DNA of 64,000 nucleotides. It comes from Thermodesulfobacteriota bacterium (GTDB lineage Bacteria; Desulfobacterota_D; UBA1144; Nemesobacterales; JAJCZQ01). Each line of letters starts with the position of its first letter. Positions within the stretch are counted from its first letter, which is position 1. A program made the translations under genes and the position numbers. The notes below the pieces were generated by a model that did no database searches, had not been told where the DNA came from, and saw only the letters and a list, made by a program, of their open reading frames with translations. Of the stretch, positions 10,923-22,118 are shown one piece after another. Where the stretch lies: positions 1,216,001 through 1,280,000 of the forward strand of contig CBDBDR010000017.1 in assembly GCA_965203965.1 (NCBI GenBank), written 5' to 3'.

Positions 10923-10950
10923 TTGACAAAGCATATTCAGTGATTATCTT
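10923..10950 (+). promoter_or_regulatory. Sigma70-type promoter of groESL
   Basis: TTGACA (10923) - 16 bp - TATCTT (10945), directly upstream of CIRCE. Confidence 0.6.
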
Positions 10951-10960
10951 GCTCACAGTT

Positions 10961-10991
10961 AATCAGCACTTAGGGTTTTTAAGTGCTGATT
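10961..10991. promoter_or_regulatory. CIRCE-like HrcA operator
   Basis: AATCAGCACTT-N9-AAGTGCTGATT perfect inverted repeat upstream of groES; consensus TTAGCACTC-N9-GAGTGCTAA. Confidence 0.85.
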
Positions 10992-11060
10992 TTGTATTAA
11001 TTAAGTAATAATTAAATGAAATTGTTATAATTATCAATCTAATCAAGGAGGATGTGTTAA

Positions 11061-11351
11061 ATGAAAATTAGACCTCTCAGCGACAGAGTGCTCATCAAGA
11101 GACTTGGTATTGAGGAAACGACTAAAGGGGGGATTATCATACCTGATACCGCGAAGGAAAAACCTCAAGAAGGAGAAGTGGTTGCAGTTGGTAACGGTAG
11201 AATACTTGAGGATGGCAGCGTCCAGTCCTTGGATGTAAAGCCTAAAGATAAGGTTCTGTTTAGCAAATATGGTGGAACTGATATTACCGTTGACGGAGTG
11301 GACTACCTTATTCTTAAAGAGGAAGATGTATTGGCAGTAATAGATAAGTAG
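11061..11351 (+). CDS. groES: Co-chaperonin GroES
   Basis: [33 protein letters not shown]. Confidence 0.98.
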   Translation: MKIRPLSDRVLIKRLGIEETTKGGIIIPDTAKEKPQEGEVVAVGNGRILEDGSVQSLDVKPKDKVLFSKYGGTDITVDGVDYLILKEEDVLAVIDK

Positions 11352-11372
11352 CAAACAAGTAAAACATGTTAA

Positions 11373-13040
<1,668 letters not shown>

Positions 13041-13073
13041 GGGCTGAATTGCCATTGAGAAGTTTATAAAATT

Positions 13074-13111
13074 AAAAAAGAGCGGGTTTAAACAACAAGC
13101 CCGCTTTTTTT
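13074..13111 (+). terminator. Intrinsic terminator after groEL
   Basis: AGCGGG...CCCGCT stem flanked by A-run and T-run. Confidence 0.8.
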
Positions 13112-13248
13112 ATAGTTGAATACAAAATTATTTTTTCCGTGCACTATTATTATAATCTGATGTTTTTCTCCGTTTTTTAGATTGTTATCTTGACTTTAAG
13201 TCTGCTCTTGGTAAGTTAGCTTCTTTATTATTTTTGGGATATTATTAC

Positions 13249-13677
13249 ATGAAATCTTATGTTGCAAAAAACAGCGAGATTGAGCAAAAATGGTTTGTTA
13301 TAGACGCCGATGGTAAAACAGTTGGTCGTCTTGCAACCCGGATTGTAGTTATGCTCAGAGGAAAAGGAAAGCTTCATTTTACACCGCATTGCGATAATGG
13401 TGATTTTGTTATAGTTGTTAACGCAGAGAAGATTAATTTTACCGGTAAGAAGTGGGTGCAAAAAACTTATTACTGGCATACGCCTTACGTTGGTGGGTTA
13501 AAGTCAATTACGGCAGAAAAATTAAAGGAAAAAGATCCAGGGGAAATCATCAGGAAGGCCGTTTGGGGTATGTTACCCAAAAACAAATGGCAAAAAAAAT
13601 TAATCAAAAGGTTGAAGGTGTACTCAGGAAATTCACATCCGCATTCAGCACAGCAGCCAGCGGAGTTGGAGGTTTAG
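13249..13677 (+). CDS. rplM: 50S ribosomal protein L13 (ATG at 13249)
   Basis: WFVIDA-G--VGRLA, TPH-DNGDFVIVVNAEK, GMLPKN, HPHSAQQP. Confidence 0.98.
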   Translation: MKSYVAKNSEIEQKWFVIDADGKTVGRLATRIVVMLRGKGKLHFTPHCDNGDFVIVVNAEKINFTGKKWVQKTYYWHTPYVGGLKSITAEKLKEKDPGEIIRKAVWGMLPKNKWQKKLIKRLKVYSGNSHPHSAQQPAELEV

Positions 13678-13682
13678 TTTAA

Positions 13683-14075
13683 ATGCCAGAAACGTTATTT
13701 GGAGGGGTAGGTAAAAGAAAAACTTCAGTTGCTAGAGTTTGGCTTAAGTCCGGCGGCGAGAGTTTTCTAATCAACAATAAAAAACTTGATGATTACTTCC
13801 CGCGTGAGATGTGGAAGATAAGAGTAAATGAACCCTTAGAAATAACTGGTACAAAGGATAAATTCTCCGTAGTTGTAAACGTGAAAGGCGGCGGCCTTAC
13901 AGGTCAGGCAGATGCAATTAGGCATGGTCTTTCAAGAGTGTTATTGAAATCAGATGATTCACTTCGCAAAAAGTTGAAAACAGCTGGACTGCTTAAACGT
14001 GACCCGCGAATGGTAGAAAGTAAGAAATACGGCAAAAGAAAAGCAAGAAGAGGGCAGCAGTTCTCAAAGAGGTAA
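13683..14075 (+). CDS. rpsI: 30S ribosomal protein S9
   Basis: GKRKTSVARV, GGGLTGQA-AIRHG, C-terminal QFSKR. Confidence 0.98.
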   Translation: MPETLFGGVGKRKTSVARVWLKSGGESFLINNKKLDDYFPREMWKIRVNEPLEITGTKDKFSVVVNVKGGGLTGQADAIRHGLSRVLLKSDDSLRKKLKTAGLLKRDPRMVESKKYGKRKARRGQQFSKR

Positions 14076-14082
14076 TTTCTTC

Positions 14083-15432
14083 TTGTCCAAACTTTCAAGA
14101 CAATCAGATAAAATCAGTAAGATTGATATAAAACAACCGACCGGTAGGCTTGGTGTTTTACTTCCAGGAATGGGTGGTGCGGTTAGTACAACCTTTATTG
14201 CCGGTGTTGAAGCCATAAATAAAGGGATCGGTAAACCCATAGGTTCATTAACCCAAATGGGTACTATAAGGCTTGGAAAAAGAACCCAGAAAAAAGTTCC
14301 TTTAATCAAAGATCTTGTACCTCTTGCTGACTGTAAGAGTCTTAAATTTGGCGGATGGGATATATTCTCGAGTAACTGTTATGATGCTGCTTTAAAATCA
14401 GGTGTTTTGCAGGAAAAACTCTTAGACAGATTGAAAAACAAACTGAAAAAGCACGTACCAATGAAGGCGGTTTTCAGTCAACAATACGTTAAAAATCTTT
14501 CTGGCAGTCATATCAAGAAAGGTAAGACAAAAATGGATCTTGCCGATCAAATCATTAAAGATATTGAAGAGTTTAAGAAGCAAAGTAAAGCCGATAGACT
14601 TGTTATGATCTGGTGTGGAAGCACCGAAGTCTTTATCAAGCCTACGAAAGTCCACAAGACACTAGAGAGTTTTGAGAAGGGATTAAAGGAAAACAGTGAT
14701 GATATTCCGCCGAGTATGATCTATGCCTACGCTGCTATAAAATGTGGTATTCCCTATGCTAACGGAGCACCAAATCTCTCCGTGGATGTTCCGGCTCTTG
14801 AGAGTCTTGCCATAAAAAACAAAGTTCCAATTTCAGGAAAAGATTTTAAGACCGGACAGACTTTAATGAAAACTATCTTGGCTCCCGGATTCAAAAGTAG
14901 ACTGCTTGGGATTAACGGTTGGTTTTCTACCAATATACTTGGTAACAGGGATGGTGAGGTTCTAGATGATCCTTGGTCGTTTAAAACCAAAGAAGAAAGC
15001 AAGCTCAGTGTTCTTGGCAGTATATTTCAGCCTAAATTACATCCTGATCTATACTCCGATCTCTACCACAAGGTGCGGATTAACTATTATCCACCACGAG
15101 GTGACGCAAAAGAGGCATGGGATAATATAGATATATTCGGTTGGCTCAATTATCCGATGCAGATAAAGGTGAATTTCCTTTGCAGAGATAGTATCCTTGC
15201 AGCCCCAATTGTTTTAGACTTGGTGCTTTTCCTTGACCTTGCACAAAGAGCGGGAATGTATGGTATTCAGGAATGGCTTTCTTTCTATTTTAAAAGTCCC
15301 ATGGTAGACAAATCTCTTTACCCCGAGCATGATCTCTTTATCCAGCTTATGAAGCTCAAAAATACCCTGAGATATATCATGGGGGAAGACTTAATCACTC
15401 ATTTAGGTCTGGATTATTACGATTTGATGTAG
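14083..15432 (+). CDS. ino1: myo-Inositol-1-phosphate synthase
   Basis: GGWDI, WCGSTE, YANGAP, GKDFKTGQT, NILGNRDG, CRDSILAAP, FYFKSP; TTG start uncertain. Confidence 0.93.
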   Translation: MSKLSRQSDKISKIDIKQPTGRLGVLLPGMGGAVSTTFIAGVEAINKGIGKPIGSLTQMGTIRLGKRTQKKVPLIKDLVPLADCKSLKFGGWDIFSSNCYDAALKSGVLQEKLLDRLKNKLKKHVPMKAVFSQQYVKNLSGSHIKKGKTKMDLADQIIKDIEEFKKQSKADRLVMIWCGSTEVFIKPTKVHKTLESFEKGLKENSDDIPPSMIYAYAAIKCGIPYANGAPNLSVDVPALESLAIKNKVPISGKDFKTGQTLMKTILAPGFKSRLLGINGWFSTNILGNRDGEVLDDPWSFKTKEESKLSVLGSIFQPKLHPDLYSDLYHKVRINYYPPRGDAKEAWDNIDIFGWLNYPMQIKVNFLCRDSILAAPIVLDLVLFLDLAQRAGMYGIQEWLSFYFKSPMVDKSLYPEHDLFIQLMKLKNTLRYIMGEDLITHLGLDYYDLM

Positions 15433-15664
15433 TGCATTCTCATTTACGATCTAACTGTAATAAAATCCGTATTCCTTGGACAAATACTCTATCTATTTGC
15501 ATGTATTTCAACCCCAATGAGTTCCTTTCTTTATGGTAAAAGAAAAAGAGATTGGAAGCGCACAAGTCAAATCACAAAGCCGTAGAGAAAAGAAGTTTTT
15601 ATTGTGTTAATATCTTGGTATAACTCCAACACGGTAACGGTTGTGCCATTTGATATATTTTGTC

Positions 15665-15742
15665 TGGTAGCCCCAACGGGATTTGAACCCGTGTTTCAGC
15701 CTTGAGAGGGCTGCGTCCTAAGCCAGGCTAGACGATGGGGCC
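15665..15742 (-). tRNA. tRNA-Glu(CTC)
   Basis: Reverse complement GGCCCCATCGTCTAGCCTGG...CAGCC-CT-CTC-AA-GGCTG...GGTTCAAATCCC...GGGGCTACCA; CCA encoded. Confidence 0.96.
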
Positions 15743-15778
15743 TTTTTTCAGATTGGGAGTGAAGCCTATCATAAACAT

Positions 15779-17161
15779 TCACAATTCAGAAATTTCTTTT
15801 TTGGCTATGCTAATCATTTTCTTAACGTTTACAGGAGATGTGCCGCCGTAGGATGTCTTGCTTTTTATTGAACCTTGAATTGAGATGTATTGAAATATGT
15901 CAGTTTCAATTAATTTTGAAAAACTTTTTATCTCTTCCAGCGACAGATCCTCCAGTTCCTTATCTTTTGCTTCTGCGTAAGCGACTATTTCTCCCGTAAC
16001 TTCGTGTGCGTTCCTGAAAGGCATACCTTTTGCGGTCAGGTAATCTGCCACGTCGGTAGCCGTTATAAATCCCTGTCTGAGAGCTCTTTGCATATTTTCT
16101 TTTTTGAACCTGATTTTTCCCAACATCTCGTTATTAAGTTCAAGGCAAGCTCTGACAGTATCAATCGTGTCAAAAAGAGGTTCTTTATCTTCTTGCATAT
16201 CACGATTGTAGGATAGGGGAAGACCTTTGAGGAGAATCAGAATAGCATTCAGATTTCCATATACCCTTGCTATTTTACCGCGAGTCAATTCCGCCATGTC
16301 AGGATTTTTTTTCTGGGGCATTATGCTTGAACCTGTGGTGAAATTATCTCCAAGATCGACGAAATCAAACTCCCTTGATGACCAGAGCACAAGCTCTTCG
16401 GATAACCGAGACAAGTGCATCATGAGAATAGAGCAGCAAAAGATAAATTCGGCTATAAAGTCACGGTCACTTACAGTATCGATGCTGTTACGAGACATGC
16501 TGTCAAATCCTAGTGATACGGTGGTTTGTTGCCTGTCAATTGGAAAAGAAGTTCCTGCACCTGCACCTGTGCCGAGCGGATTTACCTTGACCCTTTTTAA
16601 GCAATCCCTGAATCTTTTATTGTCGCGGCTGAGCATTTCAAAGAATGCAAGCATGTGATGAGCCAGCAGAATGGGCTGTGCCCTTTGCATGTGAGTGTAA
16701 AGTGGGGTCATAACTTCAATATTTTTTTCTGCCAACTTTATAAATTGACCTGACAATTTTTTCAGCAGATCTAGTATCTCTTTACCTTCCTTCAGAATGT
16801 AAAGACGAATATCCACCAAGACTTGATCGTTGCGGCTTCTCGCAGTGTGAATTTTTCCTCCGACTTCACCGATTTTTTCAATCAGGCGCTTTTCTATATT
16901 GAGATGAATGTCCTCACATTCTTCCCTAAATGGAAATTCCCCTGACACTATTTCTTTTTTAATGGAATTCAGACCCTTAATAATTTTATCGGCATCATGT
17001 TTTGGAATGATACCCTGTTTTGCAAGCATGCGGACATGTGCAATGCTTGCTTTTATATCCTCATTGTAAAGACGCTTATCAAAACTCACGGATTCAGAGA
17101 ATCGTTCGGCGATCTTACTTGTGGATTTCTTAAATCTTCCTCCCCATGCCTTTTTAGCCAA
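15779..17161 (-). CDS. argH: Argininosuccinate lyase
   Basis: WGGRF, HTARSRNDQV, YTHMQRAQP, GSSIMPQKKNPD, YNRDMQEDKE. Confidence 0.98.
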   Translation of the reverse strand: MAKKAWGGRFKKSTSKIAERFSESVSFDKRLYNEDIKASIAHVRMLAKQGIIPKHDADKIIKGLNSIKKEIVSGEFPFREECEDIHLNIEKRLIEKIGEVGGKIHTARSRNDQVLVDIRLYILKEGKEILDLLKKLSGQFIKLAEKNIEVMTPLYTHMQRAQPILLAHHMLAFFEMLSRDNKRFRDCLKRVKVNPLGTGAGAGTSFPIDRQQTTVSLGFDSMSRNSIDTVSDRDFIAEFIFCCSILMMHLSRLSEELVLWSSREFDFVDLGDNFTTGSSIMPQKKNPDMAELTRGKIARVYGNLNAILILLKGLPLSYNRDMQEDKEPLFDTIDTVRACLELNNEMLGKIRFKKENMQRALRQGFITATDVADYLTAKGMPFRNAHEVTGEIVAYAEAKDKELEDLSLEEIKSFSKLIETDIFQYISIQGSIKSKTSYGGTSPVNVKKMISIAKKEISEL

Positions 17162-18260
17162 CGTTGTTTTCTCTCAAATCAGTTTTTATCTTTTGCACCT
17201 TATCAGTTTCATTGAAAAAAAGTGTCTGCGTTGGATAGGCAAATTCTATGCCTTCATCCTTAAATCTTTTATATATTTCAAGATTGATATTTTGCTGTGC
17301 GTTCATGTAGTCATTGTAGTCAGCATTTGTCACATAATAAACTATTTCAAAGTTCAATGAAAAATCTCCGTATGAATAAAAATGGGCGCGTTCAAATCTT
17401 GTTTTTGGTTTCTGTGTAATAATTTCGTTCAATATATCCGGGATTGCTTTCAGTTTTAGATGAGGAGTGTCATAAACAACACCGAGGGTAAACAATATCC
17501 TACGGTCTCTCATCCTTTTATAGTTTTTAATCCTGCTTTGCAGCAGGTCATTATTGGAAAATATTAGTTGTTCACCCGAGAGACTTCTTACTCTTGTAGT
17601 CTTTAAACCTATGTTTTCCACGTTTCCTCTCATATCATCAATTATTATGAAATCACCTATTTCAAATGGCTTGTCCAGAATTATAGATAGTGATGCAATT
17701 ACGTCACTAAGCATGTTCTGGAGAGCCAGTGCAACTGCTATGCCACCAATTCCAAGTCCTGTGACCAATGTAGTAACGTTAAAGCCGAGATTGCTTATAA
17801 TGATTAGTGTAATAATTATCCAGATGATAGACTTCGCACAAAAGCCTAGCGCTTTTAATTGAGTTACCGTTGCCCCTGTCTTAAATTCCTCTTTTGAAAT
17901 AATCCTGTTTATGTAGTAGGAAATCAGTCCTCCGCACCAAAATGCGACCTGAAAAAGCAATATTATCAGAATTATAGCTTTTCTTATGGATGCTATGACT
18001 TCATTGACACTTAGGAACAGCGAACCTATGTAAAGTGAGGCGGCGGTAAGTAGCAGCATGCTGGTTTTAGATAAAAGTTCTAAAATCAGGTCATCAAATT
18101 GGTTATGTGTTCTTTCTGCAAATTTTTTGAAGCGATTTATAAACAGCTTGTTGAGAGTAAAAAATACAATGAATAGAACAACTGAGACTGCAAGTGCAAT
18201 TAACCACTGTTCTAAACTGTTATCAAAATAAATTTGTTGGGATATTTTATTAAACTCCAA
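17154..18260 (-). CDS. Small-conductance mechanosensitive channel (MscS family)
   Basis: GLGIGGIAVALALQN, KPFEIGDFI, G-VE-IGLKTT, GIEFAYPTQ. Confidence 0.92.
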   Translation of the reverse strand: MEFNKISQQIYFDNSLEQWLIALAVSVVLFIVFFTLNKLFINRFKKFAERTHNQFDDLILELLSKTSMLLLTAASLYIGSLFLSVNEVIASIRKAIILIILLFQVAFWCGGLISYYINRIISKEEFKTGATVTQLKALGFCAKSIIWIIITLIIISNLGFNVTTLVTGLGIGGIAVALALQNMLSDVIASLSIILDKPFEIGDFIIIDDMRGNVENIGLKTTRVRSLSGEQLIFSNNDLLQSRIKNYKRMRDRRILFTLGVVYDTPHLKLKAIPDILNEIITQKPKTRFERAHFYSYGDFSLNFEIVYYVTNADYNDYMNAQQNINLEIYKRFKDEGIEFAYPTQTLFFNETDKVQKIKTDLRENNVG

Positions 18261-18379
18261 GACGTATTATTGTAAATGTTCGGTAAATTGTTGGCAAGAT
18301 TATGAGCGTTGCCTCTAATGATGAATGTTAAAATACGATCCGAAGTTATAATTTGAAAATAATTCCTGAATCAAGAGTC

Positions 18380-19657
18380 TTAATTGGTTATATGAGATTC
18401 TCTCAATTTTTTAGCAAACTCATTTTTCGGAACTAGATAGTAGAGCTTTCCCCAGTTTTTAATCACGCCTGAATGTCGACCTGCTTCTTTGCCTTTACCC
18501 CAGAACAGGTCTACCCTGTGTGTTCCTTTGATTGCCCCGCCAGTGTCCTGGTCCAGCACAAATCTTGAGGTTTCTTTCCACTCGCTCGGCTCGTTTGAAT
18601 ACTTATCGGGAAAAATAGGTTTGGGAAATTCCATATATGCAAATGTTCCCTTTGGATAAAATCTTCTATCTGTAGCTATGGTTCTGCCGTCCACAACTTT
18701 CGTGCCGAGATGCGTTATTGCCCTGCCTTCAATTTTTCTAAAGAAAATATAGCTTGGATTTTTATACAGTATTTTATTCATTTCCTCTTCGGGTAGGCTC
18801 CTTAGGTAATTTTTGAGACCGTGTGCAGTTATTTTTTCTCTCGGAATCCGGTCATAAAGTATCTTCCCAATACTGACATAGGGATGACCATTTTGAGCAG
18901 CATATCCAAGTGCAATTTCCTTGCCATTTTCAAATTTCACGACCCCAGATCCCTGTATATGCAGGAAGAAGGCATCAATTGGATCTACCCATGCCAGCTC
19001 AAGTGCTTTGCCTTTCAGAACGTTTTTATCGTCAATCTCTTCTCTGGTGTAGTAAGGAATAATGTTTTTACTTGTATCTTTGTGATAAGAAGGAGCAATC
19101 CGACCGGCAAGAATAGAAAGGCCATACTTGGGATTTATTACTTCATTTTTGATCGGCAAAAGCCTTTCTAGTTGTTCCACGTATTTTTTGAGATGAATAT
19201 TTACAAGGTCACTGGGTGTTGAATAGATCGGTTGGTTGTATTTCGGACTTCTCCGACTTGAACCTTTCAGCACAGGCTCATAATAAGAGGTTAATAAAAT
19301 CTCTCCCCATTTTTTGTTACCGTAAACCTCAAAAAAATCAAAATTGTCTGATATTATCTTGTAAAGTTCTTCCTTTGATAAGCCGGAGTGGATCTTTTTA
19401 GCTACATAATTGAGTGCAAAAATATAATCATCTCTATCAATCTGCTTTGGTCCAAACGTCAGGGATGTGATTTTTGATTTACGTAACTGCCTGATACTGT
19501 CTTCAATTCCTTTTGCTAACTCATCAAGAGGAAGATCATCTGAAAGGTTTGGGTGAGTTGGTACTTTACGCATAGCTTCTCTGGCATTTTCGGATGGACT
19601 CCGCGCGCATGAGGCTATCAAAAGGAAAAAAACAAACAGCATAAAAACAGTTCTCAT
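18380..19657 (-). CDS. mltA: Membrane-bound lytic murein transglycosylase A (lipoprotein)
   Basis: Lipobox IASC, TSYYEP, FFLHIQGSG, NPSYIFF, QDTGGAIKG--RVDLFWG. Confidence 0.93.
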   Translation of the reverse strand: MRTVFMLFVFFLLIASCARSPSENAREAMRKVPTHPNLSDDLPLDELAKGIEDSIRQLRKSKITSLTFGPKQIDRDDYIFALNYVAKKIHSGLSKEELYKIISDNFDFFEVYGNKKWGEILLTSYYEPVLKGSSRRSPKYNQPIYSTPSDLVNIHLKKYVEQLERLLPIKNEVINPKYGLSILAGRIAPSYHKDTSKNIIPYYTREEIDDKNVLKGKALELAWVDPIDAFFLHIQGSGVVKFENGKEIALGYAAQNGHPYVSIGKILYDRIPREKITAHGLKNYLRSLPEEEMNKILYKNPSYIFFRKIEGRAITHLGTKVVDGRTIATDRRFYPKGTFAYMEFPKPIFPDKYSNEPSEWKETSRFVLDQDTGGAIKGTHRVDLFWGKGKEAGRHSGVIKNWGKLYYLVPKNEFAKKLRESHITN

Positions 19658-19760
19658 GACGGTTAGGCTACAAACTTTATCTTAATAAACAAGGTTGTAT
19701 TTATAGAAAGCCAAATTAAACTGTATTTCCTTATACATAATAATGTTTTTCCTGCCTACT

Positions 19761-19789
19761 TTGAAAATTTTCATCTATACTGCTATAAT
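19761..19789 (+). promoter_or_regulatory. Sigma70-type promoter with extended -10
   Basis: TTGAAA-17 bp-TATAAT with TG just upstream of the -10. Confidence 0.7.
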
Positions 19790-19836
19790 GGCATCACATA
19801 ATCAAAGTAATAAAATATTTGTAGGAGGTTGTGCTA

Positions 19837-20100
19837 ATGAAATACTTTTTAGGTGTAGTGCTCAGTTTGTTGATTTTTACGTCCGTATCTTTTTCCCAAC
19901 AAATTACAGACTATCATTATAATCCTGGTGACGCTATACATCCGTTGAAGTTGACTTCAATGATAATGAGACCTCCTGTAGCATTGTTAAACATAGTGAT
20001 TGAAAAGGGATTTTACGGTCTACTGGGTAGCAAAGCAGCTGATAAAGCCCTTAATATTGAATATCCTTCTCATTCTTTTGGTATTGACAGCGATTACTAA
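19837..20100 (+). CDS. Small exported hypothetical protein
   Basis: GGAGG SD, signal-peptide-like N-terminus, own promoter and terminator. Confidence 0.75.
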   Translation: MKYFLGVVLSLLIFTSVSFSQQITDYHYNPGDAIHPLKLTSMIMRPPVALLNIVIEKGFYGLLGSKAADKALNIEYPSHSFGIDSDY

Positions 20101-20121
20101 TTTTTTACGGATATAGAGATT

Positions 20122-20153
20122 AAGGGACAGGTAATTGCCTGTCCCTTTTTTTT
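20122..20153 (+). terminator. Intrinsic terminator
   Basis: AAGGGACAGG...CCTGTCCCTT stem followed by T-run. Confidence 0.9.
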
Positions 20154-20197
20154 AATTTATTCTGAAAAATATTTTCAATCACTTAGAATATATTTTA

Positions 20198-22030
20198 ATG
20201 GTTGAACTAAAAAAATCGCTTATCAAAAACATTCCGACGAAGACCGGCATATATCTGATGAAAAATGCCGTCGGTAAAACCATTTACATAGGGAAAGCAA
20301 AGAATATAAAAAGTAGGGTCGGTTCTTATTTTAACGTTGGAGATAACAACCCTCGTTTGGTTTCATTACTAAATGAGTTAGAGTTCATTGATTTTATTGT
20401 TACAAAGGATGAACGGGAGGCTTTAATACTTGAAAATTCGTTAATAAAAACTCATAGACCAAAATACAATATCAGGCTCAAAGACGATAAAAGCTATTCT
20501 TTTCTTGCATTGACCCTGAAAGACAATTTCCCGAGATTTGTTGCCATGAGGCGAGTTAGAGATGATGGGAGTTTATACTATGGTCCATTCGCAAGCAGCG
20601 GGGCACTTAAACAGACGAAGAGGCAAGTTAGCAAGTTGTTTGGCATAAGGGATTGCAGCGACAAAAAATTCAGTAGACACCGGCAAAGACCCTGTTTGAA
20701 CTATGATCTCCGCCTTTGCCTTGGTCCATGTGCTAAAAAGGTAGATCGGGAGACTTACATGGGTTCGGTAGACCGTGTCAGAATTATGTTGAACAGGGGC
20801 AGAAAAGATCTTGTTCGGGTATTGAAAAAAGAGATGAACAGATCTGCAAGGGAGGAGAGATTTGACGATGCGATAAGACTTCGTGATCAGGTAAAGACTC
20901 TTGAAAAGGATACTGAAGTTAGCAAGGTGTTATCATCAGATTTTGATGACAGAGACGTCTTATGCGTGCAAAAAAGACCTGATGGTTATGAAGTTGTAGT
21001 CTTGTTTTACAGATCTGGTTCAATTACCGACAGAGCAGAATACTCTTTTGATAATTTTCACCGTGATGAAAATGAATTAGCGCAACAGTTTATGAGTCGC
21101 TTTTATCATTCCGGAAGATACATTCCAAAGGAAATTTTGATAAACGTGAAAATAAATGCGTTAGATATATACAAGAAATGGCTTTGTGAAAAAAAAGGAA
21201 AGCAGGTGACGGTCATTATTCCCAAACAAGGGGCAAGGTCCAAGCTCCTTGAGCTTGCAAAGAGGAATGCAGATGAGAGCTACAAACGAAGACATGCAAT
21301 TCTTGAAGGTCTGAAGAATTCCCTTTCACTGAAAAAATTACCTAAAACGATAGAGTGCTTTGATGTTTCAAACATACAGGGGAAAAGTGTTGTAGCGTCC
21401 CTTGTGAGATTCTCAGTTGGAAAACCGGATAAGAGCAGATATAGACGATACAAGGTTACGTCAATTTCTTCGCCTGATGACTTCAAAAGTTTATCTCAAG
21501 TTTTAACTAGAAGATTTGCAAGAAAAAACCAAAATAATTGGGAGCTCCCAGACTTGATTATTATTGACGGTGGTAAAGGTCAATTAAGCACCGCTGCTAA
21601 GGTTATGAAACTTATGAATTTAGACCATGTAGACCTCATCTCCATTGCCAAAGACAAATCAAACAAAGACAATGCCAATTCAGTCGAATTTGTATCGCAG
21701 GGGCGGGAGTCAAGGAGACAGGACAAGGTATATGTTATTGGGGAAAAAACGGCTCGAGACTTAGGGGATAATCGGGAAGTTTTATATTATTTGATGAGGA
21801 TAAGAGATGAGGCTCACAGGGTAGCAGTATCTTATCATCGGCGAGACCGGTCAAAGGAATTATTCGCCTCGGGGCTTGATGGGGTACCAGGAGTTGGCAA
21901 AAAGAGAAAGATGACGTTGCTGTCGCACTTTGGGAGCATGAGCAAGGTGAAGAAGGCACCGGTAGAAGTTCTTTCAACGCTGCCGGGGATAACAAGGAAA
22001 GTAGCATTGGAGATTAAAAGGCATCTTTAG
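20198..22030 (+). CDS. uvrC: Excinuclease ABC subunit C
   Basis: GIY-YIG (GIYLM...YIGKAK), IECFDVSN, IIDGGKGQL, RIRDEAHR, C-terminal HhH. Confidence 0.96.
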   Translation: MVELKKSLIKNIPTKTGIYLMKNAVGKTIYIGKAKNIKSRVGSYFNVGDNNPRLVSLLNELEFIDFIVTKDEREALILENSLIKTHRPKYNIRLKDDKSYSFLALTLKDNFPRFVAMRRVRDDGSLYYGPFASSGALKQTKRQVSKLFGIRDCSDKKFSRHRQRPCLNYDLRLCLGPCAKKVDRETYMGSVDRVRIMLNRGRKDLVRVLKKEMNRSAREERFDDAIRLRDQVKTLEKDTEVSKVLSSDFDDRDVLCVQKRPDGYEVVVLFYRSGSITDRAEYSFDNFHRDENELAQQFMSRFYHSGRYIPKEILINVKINALDIYKKWLCEKKGKQVTVIIPKQGARSKLLELAKRNADESYKRRHAILEGLKNSLSLKKLPKTIECFDVSNIQGKSVVASLVRFSVGKPDKSRYRRYKVTSISSPDDFKSLSQVLTRRFARKNQNNWELPDLIIIDGGKGQLSTAAKVMKLMNLDHVDLISIAKDKSNKDNANSVEFVSQGRESRRQDKVYVIGEKTARDLGDNREVLYYLMRIRDEAHRVAVSYHRRDRSKELFASGLDGVPGVGKKRKMTLLSHFGSMSKVKKAPVEVLSTLPGITRKVALEIKRHL

Positions 22031-22118
22031 AGCTAACTTTTATTTTTTCACCATCGTTTCACTCTCGCTCGCTCTATCGCCGATGGAACTTTTAAGGTAG
22101 GTGAGAAACTTAAGTAAC

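Noticed and set aside
15433..15664. Possible integration scar downstream of tRNA-Glu
   Set aside because: No integrase fragment or duplicated tRNA 3' end seen
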